Below, piece after piece: positions 53,812 through 64,000 of a stretch of DNA of 64,000 nucleotides; position 1 is the first letter of the stretch; each line of letters begins with the position of its first letter. The position numbers and the translations under genes were made by a program. The stretch lies in contig OX597833.1 of the NCBI GenBank assembly GCA_951406725.2, forward strand, positions 24,428,001 to 24,492,000, written 5' to 3'. The notes under the pieces are model-generated. The model was not told the origin of the DNA. It worked only from the letters and a program-made list of their open reading frames with translations, and did no database searches. The stretch comes from Octopus vulgaris (Eukaryota).

Positions 53812-53928
53812 GAACATACACATCACGTTCAAAGTACCGGTTCTCGTTTGGTCACCGAAGTTAAGCAACGTTGAGCCTAGCTAGTCCTCAGAAGGGCGAC
53901 CGTTTGTAGAGGTTAGCTATTGTAAGCA
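53812..53928 (+). pseudogene. 5S rRNA pseudogene
   Basis: CATCACGTTCAAAGTACCGGTTCTCGTTTGGTCACCGAAGTTAAGCAACGTTGAGCC..TAGTCCTCAGAAGGGCGACCG matches invertebrate 5S rRNA with many substitutions. Single copy, no oligo-T terminator. Confidence 0.85.
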
Positions 53929-54061
53929 TCTCACATTTATAAGCGCAGTTGTGGCTGCGTTGTAATAAGTTTGCTTCTCGACCAGATGGTTCTGGATTCA
54001 ATCCCCAACTGCATAGCACCTTGCCACGTACATACATGAATATATATATATATATATATAC

Positions 54062-54167
<106 letters not shown>

Positions 54168-54349
54168 AAACATACATACATATATATAACAGGGCTCTCC
54201 GTCGGTTACGACGACGAGGGTCCCAGCTGATACGGTCAACGGAACAGCTTGCCCGTGAAAGCACTCTACAAACACATGTACCCCTAACGTAGTTCTCTGG
54301 GAGATTCAGCGTGATAGAGTGAGTTACAAGGCTGGCCCTTTGAAATACA

Positions 54350-54822
54350 GGTACTACGCAATTTTTGCTAGCTGAGTGGACTGGAGCAGAGTGAAATAAA
54401 GTGTCTTGCTCAAGGACACAACGCCTAGCCGGGAATTGAACTCACGACCTTACGATCGTGAGCCGAATGCCCTAAACACTAAGCCATACTTATGTATGTA
54501 TGTATGTATGTATGTATGTATGTATGTATGTATGTATGTATGTATGTATGTATTTATGTATGTATGTATGTATGTATGTATGTATGTATGCATGTATGTA
54601 TGTATGCATGTATGTATGTATGTATGCGTGTATGTGTTTTTGAGTTTGTATTTGACAGCTTGGCAACAAGAGTTGGTTTGTTTACATACCATAGTTTAGC
54701 AGTTCGACAAAAATACGGTCGAATAGAATAAGTTTCAGTCGATTTGCTTGACTAAACATTCAAGGCTGTGCCTCAGCCTGGCCGCAGTCAAATAAATGAA
54801 ACAAGTGAAAGAATAAAATAAC

Positions 54823-54853
<31 letters not shown>

Positions 54854-55330
54854 AGACAAGCAACCGCTGTTTGTCTACGTCCTAGTAAGCTACCGGATTG
54901 GCAAAAGAGTCCGATAAAATAAGTAGCAGGCGTAAAACTTATGAAATAGGGATGACCATATTCCCTCGAAGTGGTGCCTTAGCATGGTCACAGTCCAACG
55001 ACTGAAATAAGTACAAAGTAAAAAATAAACATACACCATACATACGCATGTATGTTCGTACATACATAAATAAAAAAGTAAAAAAAAAAGATTAGCTGTC
55101 CTTCTCGAGCCATACACTTATGAGGTCGGGTTCCCGGATTCTGTAGCGTGTATGTTCCATCCGGGGACGGAACGCCGGTCCGTCACAAAATTACACAATC
55201 TTGAAGGCTGAGTAACGTGAAAAGAAGTGCTCTGCTCAACAACAGATCGCATGTCCTGGTCCAGTAATCGAAACCACAACCTTACGATCATTAGTACAAC
55301 GCCCTAACCACTAAGCTACGAGCCTCCACA
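54350..55330. mobile_element. Cluster of old SINE B (54350-54487 -, 55100-55330 -) and SINE C (54630-55010 +) fragments
   Basis: Similarity to better-preserved copies in the window. Confidence 0.7.
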
Positions 55331-55907
55331 TATAAACAAGTACATATAATGCATACATACATATACATATATATCCATGGCAAACATGATATAAGCGGGT
55401 TTATATTATAGCAGGTCGTTAAATGTTATGCGATAGTTTAATTTTACAAGCAGAAAAAAACATTTTAAAAGGAAGAAAGAAAGGAAAAGAAGGGAATAGT
55501 AGCAAATGAAGAGAAGGAAGAAAAAGACATGGATTAGTAATAGAGAAGAGGTAGATGGAAGCTAAAGGCGGGAAACAGAAGCAGCTATCATTTCGTGTAA
55601 CTATTTACTCTTTCTGTCATCTGTACGTACATGCATACAGAGATACACGTATACGTATACAAGTATATATGTGATTCTGCGTCTCATTGTGTATGTTTGA
55701 TGGCATGCACACATGTAAAAGTATGTGTACACTTGCGCACGCATGCTTCAATGTTGTATATTCGTTTCAGTATAAACCAATGAATTCATTACTAGGTCAT
55801 CGCAAACCGACCATTTGATTTAGAAGTTACATAAAACAAGTCTCTCTTTCTCTTGCTCTCAATCTATCTATACGCACAGATTCACATATATACTGCATAC
55901 AAACGTC

Positions 55908-55965
<58 letters not shown>

Positions 55966-55966
55966 T

Positions 55967-56033
<67 letters not shown>

Positions 56034-56042
56034 CATACATAT

Positions 56043-56115
<73 letters not shown>

Positions 56116-56116
56116 C

Positions 56117-56148
<32 letters not shown>

Positions 56149-56687
56149 AATATCTTTATATACGCGTATATGCATACGAGTGAGTGTATTTATTATTTAT
56201 GTGTCTTTCGTTTGTGTACATAGTTTCACAGCTAATATATATAAGATTGTGTGCGTGTGTGAGTCTGTGTTTGTCTTTACACATCTGTAGTAACTCAATG
56301 TAGCTCGCCACTTAGTTTAACGAAGTGTTAGAAGGATAATAAATAGTGAACGAAGATTACTTGATACCAGATGTCATACAACTTTTAACCATTCACATGC
56401 ACGCACAAAATTTCAGACACATATACATTCACACACACACACATACACGTGTATAAGCCCCCCATTAGATATTACAGCCTTCATGCGGTTTCCTTCTACG
56501 AATTTGCTCTCAAGGCATTGGACGACTCGAGGTTTCAGTGGGGTAATAGAAGAATAGAAGATATTTATCCAATCCAAGGTGCTATGAAGTGAGACTGAAC
56601 ACGAAATCACATGGAGATAAAGTGAAGTTGTGAATCACACACGCTTGCTTGTGCCATATACATAATGTGCACACATACATACATACC

Positions 56688-56749
<62 letters not shown>

Positions 56750-56752
<3 letters not shown>

Positions 56753-57780
56753 TTATATATATAAAACTGAGAATGTGTGTCTGTCTGTCTGTGTGTTTCC
56801 CTATAAATTTGAGAACTACACAACCAATTTCATTCAAATTTTACACATGCCTTACTTAGGGTCCATGTAGTTTCATGGGCCAAAAAAAGTGTTCAACTTC
56901 TTGCCTAGAGCGAGCCCATAGCAATATCATATCTTCTCCACTATCTCAGAATTACGTGTCAAAAGTGAAACAAAAATATTTCTCTATTTTATGTCAGATA
57001 CTTTCACTTTAACAATAAAAATTATAATAACAATTGAATTATATGTAGTAAGTAATAATTAAAATCAAACTAAAGCATAATATAATCGTAACATAACAAA
57101 AGTAAAAATAGCAATTGGTATAAAATTGCATGAATGACTTGAACTTGAATAAGTGGTTTCACATGAATGGGAATAAATTAAAAATAAAATTAGCGTGCAG
57201 AAATGGAATAGTCCAGATGGCTAATAAAAAATTAAATTAAAGAAAAGACTATTGTCTATAAAGTATACAATGTAGAGATAAAAGAAGATTTGAACACATG
57301 GAGGAAAGCACCTTCGAAAAGTGTCTTGGTGCGACTATGAAAGATATCTAATCAGAGGCGGTAAATTCGCCACAATAGGAGCAAGGTTCAAGTCAACGGA
57401 GCGTGCAAGGGAGTACTCGACTCGAACTTGCAAAGTGGAAATATTTTATTTTTACCTTTATATCTGGGACATTGGACGTCCCGGAAAAAAAGTTTAAGTG
57501 CCCCCCCTCCTCAGAAGTAGAGGTAGACTGGATTGTAGCCACACTTCTATACAAAAGGGAGGACAAGATACAATTGATCAAAATTACAAGAGACGGGCTA
57601 ACAATTCCAGTCTGTTATATATTTTGAGTTATCACTAGCGATATCAAGATATAACTTTGTATTTTGCATTTTATGTGTAGATGTATATATATAGATATAC
57701 ATGTAATATGTACACATATATATACACATATATACATGCACTAGCACTATCACCCGGCAACGACGGGTCTTTAATGCTAG
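56750..57780 (+). mobile_element. Non-autonomous Helitron
   Basis: A|TC 5' end (TCTTTATATATATAAAA...(GTCT)n), 3' hairpin ACCCG-GCAACGA-CGGGT just upstream of the terminal CTAG|T. No TSD. Confidence 0.75.
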
Positions 57781-57801
57781 TATATATATATATGTACATA
57801 C

Positions 57802-58209
57802 GCAAATGAATAGTAACAGATGATGGATAAATGTCAGCTCATTACAGCAGCTTCTTACGCTTTCTTATTTTAATAGAAGAATGAGTACATTACATCTCTT
57901 CAAAAACCCGTATTAATCAGATGAAACATAATTTCAAAACAATAGAATATCCCATGAACATGAGGGGAACATGCCTGAAACCAGTCGAAGCTGAAAATGA
58001 AATTGGAGAAAAGCAAACAAAATTTGGCTGTTATGAGATATTCTGTTATGGGCTGTTCTTGGGATATTCAATTGTTTTCAAATTATGTTTCATCAGATGA
58101 TTACAGTTTTTTGGAATGATGTAATGTTCTCAGTCTTCTATTAAAAAGATGCGTAAGAAACAGCTGTAAGGATGTGACAATTATCCATCGCATGTTATTA
58201 ATCATTTGC
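57802..58209. mobile_element. Old MITE/foldback with diverged ~155-bp inverted repeats
   Basis: 57802-57960 is the approximate reverse complement of 58054-58209 (e.g. GATGAAACATAATTT / AAATTATGTTTCATC). Confidence 0.65.
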
Positions 58210-58423
58210 TTATAATACACCATTGGGATTCACGGCACGTCGGACACCCTGGAATATACTAAACAAACTAGGAACAACACAGCGTGTATTTTGGACCTAG
58301 GGGAGGTTCTCTCTATGGATACAACCTGAATATCCTACTGGATATTTAATCGGCCATAGGTGGTGACCAAGGGTTTATCAAACCATACCTGGTACGTATT
58401 CTTTTAAGAAACTGATTATATGA

Positions 58424-58462
<39 letters not shown>

Positions 58463-58472
58463 GGTACGTATG

Positions 58473-58537
<65 letters not shown>

Positions 58538-58539
58538 AA

Positions 58540-58742
58540 AGTTAATCCAAACAAGATAGCACAAAGAAACACAACAACGGGAGGACGTGGAACAAATATA
58601 GTACTATCGGACGCTCAGGAAAGAAGGAAAGAAGGAGGGTTTAACGTTTCGAGCGGAGCTCTTCGTCGGAAACATGGGAGAAGGAAAGATCCAGAGAAGG
58701 GAAGACAGAGGAAAAAAATCGCCAACGGTACACAGGCGGTCA
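58540..58742 (-). mobile_element. HHR family 2 repeat (motif 58639-58673, CCGACGA variant)
   Basis: Minus strand GTTT-CCGACGA-A-GAGC-TCC-GCTC-GAAACG-TT-AAAC. Homologous to 34745-34950. Flanked by (TA)n/(CA)n. Confidence 0.75.
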
Positions 58743-58748
58743 CACACT

Positions 58749-58857
<109 letters not shown>

Positions 58858-58934
58858 ACATATATATACATATATATGTATGTATGTATGTATATATATA
58901 AATAATTATAAAACCATATATATATATGTATATA

Positions 58935-58994
<60 letters not shown>

Positions 58995-61254
58995 CACACA
59001 CATTCTAGCATACAGGTATAAAAGAAGGTGGAGAAAGTAGCAATCAAATGCGAAAAGGACCAGAGAAACCGCTGTTCTAAACTCAGCTCTCGTAAAGTTT
59101 TTCAGTTTCAATAAAACATTATATCTAAATGTTTATATATATATCTTTGTGTGTGAGTATTTGCGACTATGTGTATGTGTACATTTGAGTTTGATCATGC
59201 ATACTGTTTAGGACAGTAAAACAGTTTAAATAAAAATAAAATGAGGCAAGGGAAATAACTGAAGCGGGTGAAGGTGATGTACTCAATGACGGATCTGTTT
59301 TGGTCTTCCTGCAGTAAGTAGCAGCTAATTATCTTAGCTTAGTCTACTTATGGTTGCTTTGATCGATCGTCTCGAGTGACGCTTTAATGGGGTCATACTT
59401 TTGAGCCCGAATTGAGTTTATACCCGAGTGGGAAGGAGCAAATACAAGGGCTTGCCCCAGACAACACACACCCTAACTATGCCACTGCTGCTGGAACATC
59501 GTGTAGATGTAATACAAATTGCAGTTGTGTTATTGCTGTTGTGTTATTGCTGTTGTTGTTGTTTAATTTCAGGTCAGCCTTTGATCTTGCAGCCTTATAA
59601 TTAAATTTAACTTCGAATGTTATCAACAATACATAGAACTGGTCTATCACTTGCCTCCCTTTTTTTTTCAGTTGGAAAAGTGATGAAAGACTGAGTGCAA
59701 TTTATTAAGCTTTGAACTTCGACACATAAGCGATACAACAAACAAGTGTAACATAATTATAAGCACCAAGTAACTATGTTGATGCCACTGGGTGTTAGAT
59801 ATCAAGTTAACCATGACCTGATCACAACGACGTTGCCTGCTGGCTTCAGTATGTGGTTATCCAGTTTATAAAGTTTTATTTTTTACTATATGTGAATGCA
59901 TACATGTAGAACGCACCCCTGAGGCATTTTACTTCAGCCATATTGTTGATATATATGTATGTATTATGTGAGTGTGTGTGTGTTTGTATGACAGCAATAA
60001 GTGTGTGTATTCGTGTATATTTGTGTATGAGCTCACATGCTGAGAGTGGAATTTCGTTCTCCACGAACTCTGCTGGAATGTGATAAATTAGAGTATGTCA
60101 ATCAGGTTTTTATCACAATGAATGTAAGTACTGTTGATGATAATGGTGATGCTAATGATGGCATTACTTTTGTTGTTGTCGTTGATGATGATGATAATGA
60201 TGATGAGGATGATGATGGTGGTGTTGCTGGTGTTATTGATGATGATGATGGCGATATCTCTTCTACTACCGATGTTAATGAGAATAATGAGTAGGAGGAT
60301 GATGGCAGTTGGTTATCATCATGATGACCAACAAATTGTATGATATATTTCATCAAGTCTCTTTCTAAGTTCAAATCACACCAATATCGATTTTGTCTTT
60401 CATTGATAAAATAAGTAGTAGTCACGTATTTGTAGCTGATTTAATCGACCGCACTCACTCGGAATAGACCGCACTCAACCTTGATACAAGTGACATTGTA
60501 TCGAGGTTAGAAAATGATGATGTCGTTGTGGTATGAATCTACCTCTTAACAAAACCGTTCCCCCAAATCCGGATTTTTGACAAGTTTAATGAATGAAAAT
60601 TGTTCTTGTTACAGACTATTTTGCAAAAAAGAGAAAAATAAAAGAAATCTTCTGAACGTTTGGAGATTTACTTGAGGGAGAAGGAAAGATGTGGTTATAG
60701 ACATATTTTTATTTATGTATTTACATTTATTTCAATATGGCTTCTCGCTCTAGAGGAGCGCGAAACGCAGCCTCAAATAACAATGAACATAACAATACCA
60801 AGTACAAACATAATAAAAAAAATGACAAACTCAATTATACAGACGAACACACTTTGACACTTGAAGATATCATGACATCTGTTAACAAATTTCAAGGTCC
60901 AACTAAAACTATTAACAAGGTTAACAACACTTTTGCTTGCGTGGATATCCAAAGAGAGCTGTGTAAGGGTCGAAAGGCATTTACGCTCTGAATTCAAATC
61001 CTGCCGAGGTCAACTTTGCCTTTCATTTATCCGGGTTAGTTATTTTGAAGTACCAGTCATACACTGGCATCGATGTAATCGACTAATATTCTTCTTTAAA
61101 TTTCAGGACAACAATTATAAATGATGACAATGGCAATGATAAAGATTATGGTGATAATGATGATGATGATAATAATGAGGATGATGATGATGATGATGAT
61201 GGTGGTGGTAATGGTGGTAGTGGTGGTAGTAAGACGACGGTATAGAGAATAATA

Positions 61255-61458
61255 ATCCTTTCTAATTTTGGCACAAGGCCAGAAAATTTGAGGCGAGTCG
61301 ATTACAGCGACCCCTGACCTCAGCTCGTAGTTATTTTATCGATCTCGAAAGGATGAAAGACAAAGTTGACCTCGGTGGAATTTGAACTCAAAAGTAAATG
61401 TGGAAAGAAACGGTGCTAAGCATTTTGTCCGGTGTAGATTCTACCACCTCCCCGCCTC
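61255..61458 (-). mobile_element. SINE family A
   Basis: Similarity to family consensus. Confidence 0.8.
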
Positions 61459-62011
61459 CAATACAGAAAATGATAATGGTAATAGTGCTACTGTTGCTGA
61501 TATTAACGATGATAATGAGGTTTATGGTGATGATGAAAAGAACGATGAAAATGGCGGTGATGGTGGTGGTGGGGATGATGATGATGATGATGATGATTGT
61601 ACACATCAATGAAAAACGTAATGAAGAGGTCAGAGCACAGTTGGCGGCCAATACGTATAACGACATTCTGGCATTGTCAGTGATTGCAGTTTTGCAAAGA
61701 ATTAAGTACAGTTAAATGCAAAACACTTCAGTGCCTGAGTACAATATTGCTGATAATTAATTCTAACGATTGCCACAGATATGAGCAGAGTCTACGACCT
61801 GGAAAGCATGAGCTCAGAAGGTGCAGTTGACGAAACTAAATCTTTCATGGCATTAGCTGCGTTAAGTCAGGCGCTCTTTTATTGCTACTCTTAATCTATC
61901 ATCAATCACTTGTAAGAGCTTAATAATATTTCATAAGATTGAGATGGGGGTGAAAAATAGAGATGACGGAATATAATTAGTAATTAACGGTTTAATTATT
62001 TAATACATAGT

Positions 62012-62056
<45 letters not shown>

Positions 62057-62126
62057 TTGTATATGTGTATAAATATATACTTATATAACTATATATATAC
62101 AATTATATGCATATACGTATACTTGC

Positions 62127-62201
<75 letters not shown>

Positions 62202-62483
62202 TATATATACAGTTATCCATCTATCCGTACATACGTACAAAAGTACAACACACACACACACAAGCACACACATACATATACTGTATATGAAGGCTAAGTG
62301 TGATTTGAGTATATATATATAGGCGCAGGCGTGGCTGTGTGGTGAGAAGCTTGCTTCTCAACCACATCGTTCTGAGTTCAGCCCCACTGCGTGGGACCTT
62401 GTGCAAGTGTCTTCTAATATAGCTTCGGGCCGATCAAAGCCTTGTGAGCGGATTTGGTAGACGGAAACTGAAAGAAGATCGTC

Positions 62484-62537
<54 letters not shown>

Positions 62538-62742
62538 GAGAAGGGTAGTAATATTATTTACTACCAGGTGCCCAGCACAAAAGACGAATTAGTCATAAGA
62601 CAAAAATATTATTCATATAGAAAAATATTATTCATGTAGTTATACAATTAAGGGCTCCTAAATAAAGATGCCGAGTGCTGGGAACACAAAAAGGGGATGA
62701 ATTTATCGAGAGTGAAAATCAAAAACGTTTACCGATAACTTT

Positions 62743-62824
62743 AACAACTCGTACCGCGGTTTCTGCTTCTTTCTAGCAAAACACAGAATATGTTTGCTAA
62801 GGCCAGCTTCATCAGCGAGTCGCC
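62743..62824 (-). ncRNA. Type I hammerhead ribozyme (inverted unit)
   Basis: Exact reverse complement of 63242-63323. Confidence 0.85.
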
Positions 62825-63241
62825 TAAATTTAATCGAGGTCTGCAGCGATGTGGGACTATGTGTTGAACCCGACTACTAGCAGATCTTAACTTTTCAAAT
62901 CTCTGCGCAGACGCAAAATTTACACGGGCATGCCGGGAAGAATTTTACGAATAAATCCATCATGTAATATGCGAATATAAACTACATGAATAATATTTTT
63001 CTATATGAATAATATTTTTGTCTTATGACTAATTCGTCTTTTGTGCTGGGCACCTGGTAGTAAATAATATTACTACCCTTCTCGTTTATATTCGCATATT
63101 ACATAATGGATTTATTCGTAAAATTCTTCCCGGCATGCCCGTGTAAATTTTGCGTCTGCGCAGATATTTGAAAAGTTAAGATCTGCTAGTAGTCGGGTTC
63201 AACACATAGTCCCACATCGCTGCAGACCTCGATTAAATTTA

Positions 63242-63323
63242 GGCGACTCGCTGATGAAGCTGGCCTTAGCAAACATATTCTGTGTTTTGCTAGAAAGAAG
63301 CAGAAACCGCGGTACGAGTTGTT
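63242..63323 (+). ncRNA. Type I hammerhead ribozyme
   Basis: Stem I GGCGACTCG/CGAGTTGTT, CTGATGA (63251-63257), long stem II (GCT..TAGCAAA/TTTGCTA..AGC), GAAA (63303-63306), short palindromic stem III ACCGCGGT, cleavage triplet GTA (63312-63314). Confidence 0.87.
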
Positions 63324-63686
63324 AAAGTTATCGGTAAACGTTTTTGATTTTCACTCTCGATAAATTCATCCCCTTTTTGTGTTCCCAGCACTCGGCATCT
63401 TTATTTAGGAGCCCTTAATTGTATAACTACATGAATAATATTTTTCTATATGAATAATATTTTTGTCTTATGACTAATTCGTCTTTTGTGCTGGGCACCT
63501 GGTAGTAAATAATATTACTACCCTTCTCGTTTATATTCGCATATTACATGATGGATTTATTCGTAAAATTCTTCCCGGCATGCCCGTGTAAATTTTGCGT
63601 CTGCGCAGAGATTTGAAAAGTTAAGATCTGCTAGTAGTCGGGTTCAACACATAGTCCCACATCGCTGCAGACCTCGATTAAATTTA

Positions 63687-63768
63687 GGTGACTCGCTGAT
63701 GAAGCTGGCCTTAGCAAACATATTCTGTGTTTTGCTAGAAAGAAGCAGAAACCGCGGTACGAGTTGTT
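63687..63768 (+). ncRNA. Type I hammerhead ribozyme (second tandem unit)
   Basis: CTGATGA at 63696-63702 and GTA at 63757-63759. One C-to-T change in stem I keeps pairing (U-G). Confidence 0.87.
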
Positions 63769-63862
63769 AAAGTTATCGGTAAATGTTTTTGATTTTCACT
63801 CTCGATAAATTCATCCCCTTTTTGTGTTCCCAGCACTCGGCATCTTTATTTAGGAGCCCTTA

Positions 63863-63933
<71 letters not shown>

Positions 63934-64000
63934 GTGTGTCTGTGCTTGTCCCCTCACCATCGCTTGTCTCCTCACCATCGCTTGACGGTCGATGTTGGTG

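Larger units (their letters stand above)
62531..63870. mobile_element. Retrozyme-like/Penelope pLTR-like array: one inverted plus two tandem 445-bp non-coding units
   Basis: Direct units 62981-63425 and 63426-63870 (4 differences seen); inverted permuted unit 62531-62982; one HHR per unit; (TA)n on both sides. Confidence 0.9.
62322..64000 (+). mobile_element. SINE family C interrupted in its internal (TA)n by the 445-bp HHR array
   Basis: Head 62322-62484 and tail 63928-64000 are collinear with 7948-8282. Confidence 0.85.

Noticed and set aside
61770-61900. Possible small exon (CTAAC...CACAG acceptor, MSRVYDLESMSSEG)
   Set aside because: No polypyrimidine tract, weak donor and no recognisable protein similarity.

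Overview
AT-rich, microsatellite-saturated eukaryotic DNA with no recognisable host protein-coding exon. The repeat style suggests an octopus-like coleoid cephalopod intergenic or intronic region; this is inference only. Nearly all listed ORFs are microsatellite artefacts. The real content is: decayed non-LTR retrotransposon fragments (R4/Dong-like, Tx1/L1-like, Penelope-like), three abundant tRNA-derived SINE families, and several non-autonomous DNA transposons (a 1.9-kb long-TIR element with an 8-bp TSD, mariner MITEs, a piggyBac-like MITE, a Helitron and Helentron/HINE-like elements). There is also a 5S rRNA pseudogene and a 100-N gap. The stand-out signal is a set of hammerhead-ribozyme (HHR)-bearing non-coding retroelements. 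First, a very young 445-bp unit present as one inverted, circularly permuted copy plus two tandem copies (62531-63870), each with a complete type I HHR, inserted in a (TA)n tract; it is retrozyme-like and a candidate circRNA producer. Second, a tRNA-headed SINE-like element carrying a minimal Penelope-type HHR (13801-14042; 47360-48795). Third, a ~200-bp minimal-HHR family dispersed in microsatellites. Penelope GIY-YIG relics in the same window are the plausible trans-acting partner class. All folds and alignments were done by eye, and boundaries of old repeats are approximate.
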